Below are positions 40,994 through 50,704 of a stretch of DNA of 64,000 nucleotides, piece after piece. The stretch comes from an uncultured delta proteobacterium. Lineage in GTDB: Bacteria; Myxococcota_A; Polyangia; Polyangiales; Polyangiaceae. Below the pieces are notes generated by a model, which did no database searches, had not been told where the DNA came from, and saw only the letters and a list, made by a program, of their open reading frames with translations. A program made the position numbers and the translations under genes. Every line of letters starts with the position of its first letter. Position 1 is the stretch's first letter. The DNA is taken from assembly GCA_963696385.1 (NCBI GenBank), contig CAVOKF010000007.1, positions 800,001 through 864,000 of the forward strand, in the 5' to 3' direction.

Positions 40994-42124
40994 TCAGTGC
41001 GTGTAGGAGACGCCGAGCGCGAGGGCGACCCAGAGCGAAGGGGCTTTGCCAAGGGCTTCGGGCAGCACGACGATTTCTTGTGCGACCGGAAACCACGAGA
41101 TTTGCACGGCAAGAAAAGGGGCGAAGCCGGCGGCGGGGGCCAGACACGCCGCGATCGTCGCTTCGGACCCGGGCGTGACTCGCGTGGCGTCGGCCGGGCT
41201 CAACGGGCTCTTGCCCGCATAATGCTCGAACGCGACCGACAGGGCGAGGTCCGCGTCGAGCTCGACACCGGTCCGGAGAGCTTGAACGCGAATGCCCGCA
41301 ACGGCCGGCACGCGAGTCACCGCTCCGGTGAGGTCGCCCGCGTGAAAGACCTGCTGCGGCCAGTAACTCGCCCCCACGATACCGGCGAATCGCCCGGCGC
41401 CGAGTCGCGCGCGAACCTCGGCACCCCACGACAGCACGCTCGGTGCTTCGCGGATCGGAGGCGAATAGCTCGAGGCAGCGGACAGCTCGACGCGAAAAAA
41501 CGAGGGAGACGAAATCGAGCCAGGGGGCGGCGACTCGGCGTCGGGGGCTATGGCCGGCGGAGGGGCCGAAGTGGAAGGCGTGGGCGGCTCAGACGGAGGG
41601 GCTAAGGGCGCAGGGGGGCTCGCCGAGGCCTCCGGCGGCCCCGGGGGGGCGGGGGGCGGCGCGGGCGGCGCCGGAGAGCCCGGCGTCGCTTCACCGGCCG
41701 AGGACGGGGGCGGCGCAGGCTCCGCGCTCGGGGCCGTCGCGGGGGAAGGCGTCGCGCCTTCGGCCATGTGCGGGGGCAGGAGCGCCAAGACGATGAACTC
41801 TGCGGCAAAGCGAGCACGCCTGCCGCAATCGCGAGCGGAATCGGTGTAGTCGCGCTCGATCGTCTCGGCCGCAGTTCTGACCCGTACGCGATAGTGGTCC
41901 CCAAAGTCGTCAATTCGGATGTTCGGTTTCGCGGATAGGAGCCTCGGAGCCGCTTCCGGCACGAGCTTCGAGACGGTCGCCCATACACTCTCTCCGTCCG
42001 GGCACATGGGAGCCGACGCATCGGATCCTTGGACGTCCGCGCCCGCTTGCACGCCCACGACCGAAAACAACAGTACGGGTGCCGAGCACACGCAGATTCG
42101 GCGACGCGCTCGTTCACTCAGCAT
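40994..42124 (-). CDS. Exported protein with Pro-rich linker and probable C-terminal beta-barrel
   Basis: Signal peptide, paired Cys domain, PPAPPP linker, alternating beta-strand pattern. Confidence 0.6.
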   Translation of the reverse strand: MLSERARRRICVCSAPVLLFSVVGVQAGADVQGSDASAPMCPDGESVWATVSKLVPEAAPRLLSAKPNIRIDDFGDHYRVRVRTAAETIERDYTDSARDCGRRARFAAEFIVLALLPPHMAEGATPSPATAPSAEPAPPPSSAGEATPGSPAPPAPPPAPPGPPEASASPPAPLAPPSEPPTPSTSAPPPAIAPDAESPPPGSISSPSFFRVELSAASSYSPPIREAPSVLSWGAEVRARLGAGRFAGIVGASYWPQQVFHAGDLTGAVTRVPAVAGIRVQALRTGVELDADLALSVAFEHYAGKSPLSPADATRVTPGSEATIAACLAPAAGFAPFLAVQISWFPVAQEIVVLPEALGKAPSLWVALALGVSYTH

Positions 42125-42247
42125 GGCCGGCGGGGCCGCGACAGAGTACTCTTTTTCAAAAGCGACTGCGACGAGCTCTCGATCAAGCGTCTACGCGATA
42201 GAACTGGAGCGTAAGAGGTTTTGCCCGTAGCACCCCTTTCCAATCGT

Positions 42248-42820
42248 GTGGAACCGGAGGCGCCTGCCGACGCGTGGCAAGAGCCGCACCCGGCATCCAC
42301 CCAGCAGCCGCCCGTCGCGCCCGGCTTCGAGGACGTTTACCGCACGTATTTCGAGGACGTTCGGCGTTGGGTAAGAGCCCTCGGGGGCCCGGACGGCGAC
42401 CGAGACGACCTTGTCCAAGACGTTTTCGTCATCGTTCATCGACGTCTTCGCGACTTCGATGGCGAGAATCTGGCCGGGTGGCTTTATCAAATTACGCGAC
42501 ATCGAGTTCGCGATTTCCGGCGATTGCGCTGGTTCCGATTGTTGCTTCGGGGGGCGGAAATGCACGACGGGTTGGTCAGCCCCTCGGAGACTCCCGAGGC
42601 TTCGCTCAATACGAAAGAAAAGGCGCGCCTTCTCGCGCAGCTGCTGTCGAAGGTCCCGGAAGCGCAGCGCGCGGCCTTCGTCCTCTTCGAGATCGAGGGC
42701 TACAACGGAGAGGAGATCGCACGGCTGCAGGGGGTGCCCATCAACACCGTTTGGGCTCGAATCCACAAGGCACGGGCCAGGCTCGCTTCGAAGGCTGCGC
42801 GCTTTCGTAAGGACCGCTGA
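42248..42820 (+). CDS. ECF-type RNA polymerase sigma factor (start 42221 or 42248)
   Basis: DDLVQDVF, WLYQI, AFVLFEIEG...EEIA...GVPINTVWARIHKAR. Confidence 0.93.
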   Translation: MEPEAPADAWQEPHPASTQQPPVAPGFEDVYRTYFEDVRRWVRALGGPDGDRDDLVQDVFVIVHRRLRDFDGENLAGWLYQITRHRVRDFRRLRWFRLLLRGAEMHDGLVSPSETPEASLNTKEKARLLAQLLSKVPEAQRAAFVLFEIEGYNGEEIARLQGVPINTVWARIHKARARLASKAARFRKDR

Positions 42821-42832
42821 GGGAGGTGCGAC

Positions 42833-43540
42833 GTGAAGCGGCTCGTTGAGGAGGACCTGAGCCCGGAGGCCGGCGCGCATTGGCTCGCAGAGCTCGTGCG
42901 AGCCACGCCGCGGCTGCCGCCGACCCCCTTCCAGCAACGTCGGATTCTCGCCGACCTCGCGCGTCCGGCGGTGTCGACCCGCCTCTGGCTCGGACGGGCT
43001 GGAGCCCTCGCGGTAACGCTCGGTGCCACGGCCGCCGCCGCCGCATCCGCGGTGGAGCATGGGTGGCCCTGGGACCGCGCTCGAGGGCCTGTGGCGACTC
43101 TTGCGGCCACGGCGCCGCTCGTGCACGCGGCTCCGTCGCCCGCGGTGGCCGCGCCTTCGGGTCAGGACACGGCACCGCTGACGGTGTCGCCCAGTACGGC
43201 GGATCGAGGCACCGAACGGCCTGTATCGCACCCCCCGCGGCGCTCCGAGTCGAAATCGGTCGGCAAGAGCGGCGAGGAGCCCACGCTCGTGCTCGAGGCC
43301 ATTCGGGCGCTCCGAAATCGACGAGACGGCGTGCGGGCTGGGATGCTTTTGACGGAGTACCTCAAGGGCCAGCCGCAGGGGGTTCTCGTCGAAGACGCGA
43401 CCGCCTTGTCGGTCGAGGCGGCCCTCGCTCGCCACGACGAACATGCCGCGGGCGAGCTCGCACGGCGGTACTTGAGCCAGTTCCCGGGTGGCCGCTACCG
43501 AAGGTTCGCGCTTCGTGCCCTCGAGTCCAGCGAACCTTAG
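42833..43540 (+). CDS. Putative anti-sigma factor (TM + Pro-rich + TPR-like C-terminus)
   Basis: Directly after the ECF gene with a GGAGG RBS; hydrophobic segment; YL..QP.GVLVEDA...YL..FP.GRY. Confidence 0.65.
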   Translation: MKRLVEEDLSPEAGAHWLAELVRATPRLPPTPFQQRRILADLARPAVSTRLWLGRAGALAVTLGATAAAAASAVEHGWPWDRARGPVATLAATAPLVHAAPSPAVAAPSGQDTAPLTVSPSTADRGTERPVSHPPRRSESKSVGKSGEEPTLVLEAIRALRNRRDGVRAGMLLTEYLKGQPQGVLVEDATALSVEAALARHDEHAAGELARRYLSQFPGGRYRRFALRALESSEP

Positions 43541-43707
43541 GTCGGCCATCCACCCGCTAGCCCCTCCCCGGGCGGCCGCCGGTGACGACGCTTTCTCTGT
43601 CATTTCGCACTGTTCCGGACGATCGAGCGGGGGTCGGCGTCTGTCTTTCCGGGCGCCCCGCTCACTTTGTCGACAAGACTTTGTCGGCACCACCCCTTTC
43701 CAGTAAT

Positions 43708-44508
43708 GTGGACCAAGAAGACAGGCCCAGCGGATCCGAAAGTGCGCTGGGACTCGGGCGTTGGGCCTCGGCTTCGCCACTCGGTCCCATGACTCGCCTC
43801 ACGGAAGGCCATTGGGTGCCGGGCTCGCCCGAAGACCGCCTCGCGGACCTGGTGCGGGCCGTTCCGCGCGCTCCCGTTCTGCCGTTCGCGCCCTCTGCGA
43901 ATCTCGCGCGCATGCGAAGTGGCTTGCGCTCGGGGCGCACCAACCTGGTCCGTGCATGTGGGCTGGGTATTTTGCTTGCCGGAGCTGCAGCCGCGGCCGC
44001 GCAAGGACCGCGTCTATTGGCCAGGTCGAGCCGACCAGTGGCTCCCCCAGCCGTCGTCGCGGCCGCCGTGACGGCCGCGCCCGGACCGATCAGGGATTCC
44101 CGCTCCGCGAAGAATCCGGAGCCCGTTACCGAACGTCTCGAAGGCGTCGTGCCTGCGGTGGCGTCGCCCGCGCGGGCCCCTGCCGCCGAGCATCATCCGG
44201 CGATGAGACCCTCCGCTCGCTTGAGCAACCGATCGGGCGACGATCCGACTCTCGTGCTCGGGGCGATCGCAGCTCTTCGGAGCGGCCGCGATCCCGCTCG
44301 CGCGAGCGCGCTTCTCGCGGAGTATCTGCGAACGCAGCCCGCCGGCGTACTGGTCGAGGATGCTCTGGCCCTCTCGGTGGAGGCCGCCGCCGCCAGCCAC
44401 GACGCGCAGCGGACCGCTGACGTGGGGGAACGGTACCTGGATCGGTTCCCGCTGGGTCGCTACGGGTCGTTCGTCGTGCAGGCGATGCACGCGGTGAGCG
44501 GCCGCTAG
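43708..44508 (+). CDS. Second putative anti-sigma paralogue (start 43708 or 43789)
   Basis: Shares PTLVL.AI.ALR, QP.GVLVEDA.ALSVEAA and FP.GRY with the upstream gene. Confidence 0.65.
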   Translation: MDQEDRPSGSESALGLGRWASASPLGPMTRLTEGHWVPGSPEDRLADLVRAVPRAPVLPFAPSANLARMRSGLRSGRTNLVRACGLGILLAGAAAAAAQGPRLLARSSRPVAPPAVVAAAVTAAPGPIRDSRSAKNPEPVTERLEGVVPAVASPARAPAAEHHPAMRPSARLSNRSGDDPTLVLGAIAALRSGRDPARASALLAEYLRTQPAGVLVEDALALSVEAAAASHDAQRTADVGERYLDRFPLGRYGSFVVQAMHAVSGR

Positions 44509-44837
44509 CTTCTCGGCGGCGACGTCACGGAACGACGTCGTTTCGCGGTGCTCTTCCGCGGCCTTGCGTATCGCAGGGCGATTGGCGGGGTCGGGGTCCT
44601 TGATTCCCGCCGAGGGTGAGTGCGCCGAGGGTGAGTGCGGACAGGTGTCGATCGCCGGCCGCGAAGTGGCCTTCCGCGATCGCAACCAGGGACAGCCCGG
44701 TCGGCGCTTATTGACTCGCATTCGCGGCTCAACTCCGTTGAGCTCGCCGAGGCCGATGCAGAGATCCGCGGAAAGCCGGCCGCGAGTTCGCTTTTTTCAG
44801 CGATCGCGGCCGGAACCCGCATCGGTTTTTCGCAAAC

Positions 44838-45944
44838 TCAGGGCATCGCGCCGTCGTTGATCCAGTCTTCGATCATCGTTTGCTGGGCGGTGGTCAAGTA
44901 GGGCGGGCCATTTTTCGGCATTTGGGATCCGCAGGCCGCGGTAAGGAGCGGGGCGCCGGCCACTTTCTGGTAGAGGAGGCTCGTCATGGCGTCTCCCGGC
45001 GTGACGTAGCTCTCGTTGCAGCCGACTTCGTCCGTCGCGCTCGACGTTCCCATCTTGAGGGTGTTGTAGGCCGTCATCTCGGTGGCCATGTTGAGGCCGC
45101 CCTTCGCGGTGGCCCCGTGGCAGGTGAGGCACTTGGGCGAGATGATGGTCGAATAGACGGTCGCGAAGCTGATCGCGGCCCCACCCGCTTCCGTCGCGGG
45201 AGGTGCCGTCGTACTGGACGACGCACCCGACATCGGCGTGGACGACGAGGAAGAAGACGAAGGCGGCGGGGTGTTGTTATTGCCGGCGTCGTCGCCAGCG
45301 GCAGTGCCGGCGCCAGCGTCGTCGCCGGCGGGCGGTGCGGGTTGGCCTTGGCCGGCGTCGTCATCGCTACCCGCGTCCCCGGTCCCCGCAGCCGGTGCGC
45401 TCGCGGCGACGGACTCAATCCATCCCAGGACGCATTGCTGTTCCGTCGCGGTTAGGGGGTCACCCGATGGGTTCGTGCTTGTCCAAGGCATTTGATACAT
45501 GCCACCAGGCGGGTTGTTAAAGAGCTTCAGATAGATGAAGCTCTGCGACGGGCTTGCCGAGTCGATTAGAAAGTCGGTCGGCACTTCCTGACTCGCCACA
45601 TTCAAGAGAGTCGCTGCCAGGCCTGAGGACGGCGTGAGGTTAAGGTTTTCCGCCGTCGTCGTCCCGTCGTGACATCCGATGGATGCGCATTTGCCCGCCG
45701 GGGCCATCGCCGCGAAAATGGTATTCGGAGCGTCGCACGACGAGGCGCTTGCGCCCGTTGTGCCGCTGCTCGGCGTCGTGGTTCCACCACCCCCATTATT
45801 CTGGACCGCCTTGATGTAGGCTGGCTCGTCGGCGAGTGTTCCCGGGCACGCGGCGAATGCCGCCACGAGCCACGCCAACGCTCCACCGCGCGCCGCGAAT
45901 CGCAGCACCCGCACTCGAACCGATTGCATTTGAGGCATATTCAT
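44838..45944 (-). CDS. Lipoprotein with two cytochrome c domains
   Basis: FAAC lipobox; CASIGCH...QMP...W and CLTCH...QMP...IEDWINDGA. Confidence 0.78.
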   Translation of the reverse strand: MNMPQMQSVRVRVLRFAARGGALAWLVAAFAACPGTLADEPAYIKAVQNNGGGGTTTPSSGTTGASASSCDAPNTIFAAMAPAGKCASIGCHDGTTTAENLNLTPSSGLAATLLNVASQEVPTDFLIDSASPSQSFIYLKLFNNPPGGMYQMPWTSTNPSGDPLTATEQQCVLGWIESVAASAPAAGTGDAGSDDDAGQGQPAPPAGDDAGAGTAAGDDAGNNNTPPPSSSSSSSTPMSGASSSTTAPPATEAGGAAISFATVYSTIISPKCLTCHGATAKGGLNMATEMTAYNTLKMGTSSATDEVGCNESYVTPGDAMTSLLYQKVAGAPLLTAACGSQMPKNGPPYLTTAQQTMIEDWINDGAMP

Positions 45945-45956
45945 CCGGAAGCGCTC

Positions 45957-47387
45957 CTAGAAAATGTAGGCCAAGGCGAGACCGCCACCGAAAAACTGAT
46001 CGACTGCGCCACCGGCGATGTACGTGGACAGCGGCATCAAGGTGGGCTTGAACGAATAAAAATACCGCTCGTAGTCGGTATTGATGCGCGCTTCCCATCC
46101 CTGCGCGAACCGAAACGCGAGCCCGAGTTCGGCATCGACCCCATCGACGGACGGATCCGTAAAGCGATCGGCCACGTCTCCGGCGGCAAAGACGGCGCGA
46201 AAGCCCGCCCCGCCGAGCAACGCGAAGCTCCCGAACGGCACGCGCACGTCCACCGCCGTGCGATTCGAGCGGTAGTCGACGGCCGGGACTTGGCTGTCGA
46301 TGGCTGTGCCGGTTGCAGCGAACGTGACCGACTGCATCGTGTACGAGTCGGACACGCCGATGATCGTGCCCGTATCGCCCCAGGGATGAATGCGAAATCG
46401 GAGCCCCCCGGCCGCGGCCGTCTCGACGGTGGAGATCTTGAGCCCGCCCGCCGCCGAAGAGTCGAGAAAGAGCGAGCGCGAGAAGCTCCCGATCAACCCG
46501 AGGTCGCGCAAAAACCCGCTTTGGTCCGCGAGCGGAAAAAATTCGACGTTGCCTGCAAAGAGGGCCGCCGGAGCGACGCTGTACGACCTCAACGGCCCCG
46601 CTGAGGACGAGACCCCGTCGTTGAAGTCAAAGGACCTGCCTGCCGCGACTCCGCCGATGTCCACATCGAAGAGCGATCGGGAAATCAGGCCGCGCGGACG
46701 GTGCGCGATCGTGTCCTTGGATTCTTCTCCCGCCGGAGTGGCCTCGGCGGACGCTTTCTCAGCCGGCGCTTCCGCCTCGTCGCCGCTCGCCTCTTTGGTC
46801 TCCTTCGTTTCTTTGGTTTCCTTGGTCGTCGTCTCTTTCGCTTCTTTGGCCTCGGGGGCGGCTGCGCCCTTGTACTTCTCGAACGCATCGCCCACGGCAC
46901 CCGTCAACGCGGAGTCGTGCCGCGGGTCGCTGTCCCCGTCCAAAACGACGTCGTCAAGGCCCTGCTCGCCACCCGACGCGTCGACGACCAACAGCCGAAT
47001 GCGTCGCTTTGCCTTGACCTTCGACACACGCGCCACGAGCACGGCGTCGAGCCCGAGCGCGGTCGCGGCGGCGCGAATGCGTTCCACGGCGGCCTCGTGC
47101 GCCTTGCCCTTGCCGTCGAGCTTCTTCGCAAAGGGCCCTTTTTGGCCCTGCGCCGAAAGCGCCTGCGCAAACGAATCGGCGTCGGCAACCGACGGACCCT
47201 TGGGAACGGCGTCCACCAGGGCCTCGCGCACGTTCGACGCCCCAGGCCCCTCGACATACACGCCGACCGACTTGCCCTTGGCCCAAGCGGTCGTCGTCAA
47301 CGCCATCAGCGCGACCCACGAGGCCGCGCCGAGCAGGCGACGAATGGGCGCGAACCCTAGGTGTTTGAATCGGTGAAACAACTTCAT
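45957..47387 (-). CDS. Outer-membrane beta-barrel protein with N-terminal periplasmic domain
   Basis: Signal AWA|K, KET-repeat linker, beta-strand-rich C-terminal half ending LAYIF (terminal Phe). Confidence 0.65.
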   Translation of the reverse strand: MKLFHRFKHLGFAPIRRLLGAASWVALMALTTTAWAKGKSVGVYVEGPGASNVREALVDAVPKGPSVADADSFAQALSAQGQKGPFAKKLDGKGKAHEAAVERIRAAATALGLDAVLVARVSKVKAKRRIRLLVVDASGGEQGLDDVVLDGDSDPRHDSALTGAVGDAFEKYKGAAAPEAKEAKETTTKETKETKETKEASGDEAEAPAEKASAEATPAGEESKDTIAHRPRGLISRSLFDVDIGGVAAGRSFDFNDGVSSSAGPLRSYSVAPAALFAGNVEFFPLADQSGFLRDLGLIGSFSRSLFLDSSAAGGLKISTVETAAAGGLRFRIHPWGDTGTIIGVSDSYTMQSVTFAATGTAIDSQVPAVDYRSNRTAVDVRVPFGSFALLGGAGFRAVFAAGDVADRFTDPSVDGVDAELGLAFRFAQGWEARINTDYERYFYSFKPTLMPLSTYIAGGAVDQFFGGGLALAYIF

Positions 47388-48055
47388 TCAATCGGGCCTT
47401 ATCCTCATATGGGTCATTCATCGCGACAGGCGGAATGGGGTTTGCCCCATCGCCCACTCTATCTTGCACAACCGACTCAAGAGGGCTTCGACGTGGGCGG
47501 TTGGCTCGTAAGCATTTGACATGACCTTGGGGCCGGCGCCATCGCCGCAACCCAAGCTTCGCAGGGTGACCCAATGCGGTACGCGATGGGGTGGGGGCCG
47601 TCAAGTCGGGACGGCCTATTAAGCGCCTCGATCGCCCTTGTAGTTCCGAGTGTGACCGCATGTCGTCGTGACTCGGAAGCGCGGTTGACTGCACAATTCC
47701 ATTCCCAATGTCGAATGTCTTCGGCACCGCGAACGCGCGCCGCGTCGGACGCACCCGAAGTGGGCGCCCACGAGAAATTGGGCATTCGTCCTTTGAAGCG
47801 AATGCCTCGGGCGAACGCCGCGCAAACGTTGGGGAGCGTTTTGGTCATGACCCGCGCTCTTCAGTGGTTTGGCCGCCCTATTTTGGCTCGCGCTTCCGAC
47901 TCAAGCGCAACTCCACGAGCGCCCAAATGGCCTGCGTGGTCCGGTAAACTCGTAAAGAGGGACCTCGCACCGAAAATCTTTTCGGCAAAATTCGAGCACA
48001 TCCACGAGTGAGGTGGGGTCCTAGCGCACCGAGGTTCGTGTGTTAGCCTTGGCGC

Positions 48056-49033
48056 GTGAATTGCGGCCGGCTGGGCATGAGCGCGGCCACGTTGCTCTTT
48101 GGGTGCAGCGCCCCCTCCCTCGATGTGGGCAGCAACATCGTATGGTCCACGGACTTCGAGAGCGGGGACTTCTCCGCCTGGTCCGCCCCTCCAGGGACGG
48201 GCGGGGCTTATGTCGACAACGAAGGCCCGGACACCCCGTCGATCGCGATCACCACCGAGCAGGCCCACAGCGGCCGCTACGCTGCGAAGTTGACCAGCAC
48301 GGCCGCCGCTCCAGAATCCCCGCTGCAGCCGAATGGCGCCGGGATGTACAAGCAGGGCACGTTCCCCCAGGCCGCCTACTACAGCGCGTGGTACTACGTT
48401 CCCCAAGTCTATCCCTCGCCCGCAGCGTGGGACATTTTCAGGCTAAACGTCCCGGAGGCTACGCCCGACGCTTCGGCCGAGGCCGGGGGGCCCATGGATG
48501 CATCCACCGAGGTGGGGGCCCCGCCCTTGGATGCATCGGCCGAGGCTGCGGCCGATGCTTCGGGCGAAGCGGCAGCCCTGCCCTTGCCGGATGCTTCCGC
48601 GGGGGCCGACGCTTCGGCGCAGACCGAGGCCGGGGTGGTGTCATTGCCCGATCCGGGCGCCAACACGCCGAACTTCATCGACCTCAGCCTCGAGTGGCTT
48701 CCCGACGGGACCATGACGATCCGCCTGGTGGACGCCCGCCACCAGTACCTCACGAGTCCATTGCCGGATCCAGTTCCGGCGATTCCGATCGGCCAATGGT
48801 TTCAAATCGAATGCTTTTTCGACAGTGCCGCGGATTCCACCGGCCGGCTGACGGTATGGCTGCAAGGGACCGAGATCTACGATCTTCAACGGCCGATGAG
48901 CGGAACACCCCAGGTGTTCTTTACGGCGTGCAGCTACGCCGACGAAACCCAGCCCACAGTCCTTTACGTCGATGACGTGGCCATCAGTTCCGTGCGGGTC
49001 ACACCCGAGGGACGGCTCACGGTGCCGCCGTGA
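48056..49033 (+). CDS. Lipoprotein, concanavalin/polysaccharide-lyase-like beta-sandwich
   Basis: LFGC lipobox; DFESGD..W, AHSGRY, YSAWYYVP, GQWFQIE, LYVDDV. Confidence 0.55.
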   Translation: MNCGRLGMSAATLLFGCSAPSLDVGSNIVWSTDFESGDFSAWSAPPGTGGAYVDNEGPDTPSIAITTEQAHSGRYAAKLTSTAAAPESPLQPNGAGMYKQGTFPQAAYYSAWYYVPQVYPSPAAWDIFRLNVPEATPDASAEAGGPMDASTEVGAPPLDASAEAAADASGEAAALPLPDASAGADASAQTEAGVVSLPDPGANTPNFIDLSLEWLPDGTMTIRLVDARHQYLTSPLPDPVPAIPIGQWFQIECFFDSAADSTGRLTVWLQGTEIYDLQRPMSGTPQVFFTACSYADETQPTVLYVDDVAISSVRVTPEGRLTVPP

Positions 49034-49893
49034 TCGGCGCCACGCTCAAGCCTCCTGAGGCGGGATGCTGCACGTGGCGATGGGCCGTCCTGGCCGCCCC
49101 GTGGCTTATCGCCGGCTGCTCGCCCGAACCGCCGGCGCCCCCTCCGAGCGACGTCGCCGAACCGTGTGACGCGTCGACCGACGTCGATCAGTCTCTTCAT
49201 TTCAACGGGGTTACCGACTTTATGACCACGGGGACGGCGAATTTTCCCACGGCGTCGGATCGCCAGACGTTGTCGATGTGGGTGCGCCCCTCCGATTTGC
49301 TGGGACAGCAGACCTTCATGACGCTGCGGCGCGACGTGCGGAGCGGGGTCACCCTCGGCATTCGCAACGGAAACGTCGCGGCCTGGGCGGTCTTCGGGGA
49401 CCACATCCTCGTTCAGGCCGCCCTCACGCCGGCCGCCACCGCGACCACCGATTGGCACCACGTCGCGTACGTCCAAGACATGGCCGATGCCGGCATGCTT
49501 TTCAGCACGCTGTATATCGACGGCGTGGCCGTGGCCATGGGGGACGGCAACATGAACAACCTGAACCCGCTGTCTTCGTGGATCGGCTCCTTCGACGGAG
49601 AACCCGCCGACGCCATCTCCTCGGACGGCGCCTTTTTCGGCGGAAATCTCGACGAGATCCGTATCTGGGCCGTGGCACGCACGCCCGCCGGCATTGTCGA
49701 GGACATGCAAGGAACCGTCGCCGCCGGCGAGCCGGGGCTTGTGGCCTACTTCAACTGCCGATTCGTGTGCGGGACGCGGATGCCGGACCTCTCGGGCAAC
49801 GGCAACGACGCGACCCTCGGCGGCGGCGACCCTCAATACATGCCGACGTTGAGCGCGGACGTTCCACCCTTGCGGGATGGGGGCGGCTTTTGA
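49030..49893 (+). CDS. LamG-like (ConA) domain lipoprotein
   Basis: IAGC lipobox; TLSMWVRP, WHHVAY, LYIDG, GNLDEIRIW, DLSGNGN. Confidence 0.85.
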   Translation: MIGATLKPPEAGCCTWRWAVLAAPWLIAGCSPEPPAPPPSDVAEPCDASTDVDQSLHFNGVTDFMTTGTANFPTASDRQTLSMWVRPSDLLGQQTFMTLRRDVRSGVTLGIRNGNVAAWAVFGDHILVQAALTPAATATTDWHHVAYVQDMADAGMLFSTLYIDGVAVAMGDGNMNNLNPLSSWIGSFDGEPADAISSDGAFFGGNLDEIRIWAVARTPAGIVEDMQGTVAAGEPGLVAYFNCRFVCGTRMPDLSGNGNDATLGGGDPQYMPTLSADVPPLRDGGGF

Positions 49894-49915
49894 GCGGTCC
49901 CGTTTCGATCGCGAG

Positions 49916-50482
49916 CTACGACCGGAAGTAGCCGCCGATGGTGAAGCCAATCGTAATGGCCGTGATCGGATTGGGCCCCGCGAGCTGGGTCGTGAAGCCG
50001 GGCCCTAAGCCGAAGAAAAAATGCTCGGCCGGATGGATCAGGAAAGGCGTGAAGATCCCGAGCGACAGATCGCCGTTGGTCGACCCGTGGCCGTTCGAGG
50101 AGAAGGAATTCACCGTGACCGATAGCGAGGCGCGCGGCCAGAATGACCACGTGTCGCCCAAGGCGATGTCGTACCCCACCTGCGGCGCGACACCGAACGT
50201 GGTCGAGTTCGAGCCACCGCCGCCCGCGTCACTGAGCGTCACCTGGCCGCCGAGAGACAGGTGGGCGATGATGAAGTAGTCGAGCGCCGGAGCCAGGGTG
50301 AACGACGTGTCCGTCGGATTATTCAATTTCTGCTGAAATCCCAGATTCGCCTGGTTGGTCACGACGAACGTGCCGGGAACGTCGAGTTCGGCCGACGTTC
50401 CCCCGAACGCCAACGCGGGCGAAGCGGCCGCGAGCACCGCGCCGACCGCCAACCCTTCGAGGCTCAACCGTGCCATTCGCAT
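49916..50482 (-). CDS. Small outer-membrane beta-barrel protein
   Basis: Signal ALA|F; about eight amphipathic strands; ends GGYFRS. Confidence 0.7.
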   Translation of the reverse strand: MRMARLSLEGLAVGAVLAAASPALAFGGTSAELDVPGTFVVTNQANLGFQQKLNNPTDTSFTLAPALDYFIIAHLSLGGQVTLSDAGGGGSNSTTFGVAPQVGYDIALGDTWSFWPRASLSVTVNSFSSNGHGSTNGDLSLGIFTPFLIHPAEHFFFGLGPGFTTQLAGPNPITAITIGFTIGGYFRS

Positions 50483-50704
50483 CGGGGCCCCTTACCCGAG
50501 ACCCGCGACGCTGTCACTTCTTCCGGTCTTGGTTGGGGCGCCACTTTCTGCCGCGGGACTTCGCCCCAAACCCCCAATCGCCTCTCGGCGATTGACGTAC
50601 ACCGCCCGGCTGACCCCATGGTTTCCCCGGGGCGGTGTCCTTACGCCGATGCCGACCCCGCGTTCAAGCGCGCGGTCGATGCGGGCAGGCTCGCCGCGTC
50701 GGGC

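Noticed and set aside
50555..50592. REP-like GGGACTTCGCCCCAAACCCC and adjacent hairpin
   Set aside because: Single imperfect copy in the window; a repeat family cannot be established.
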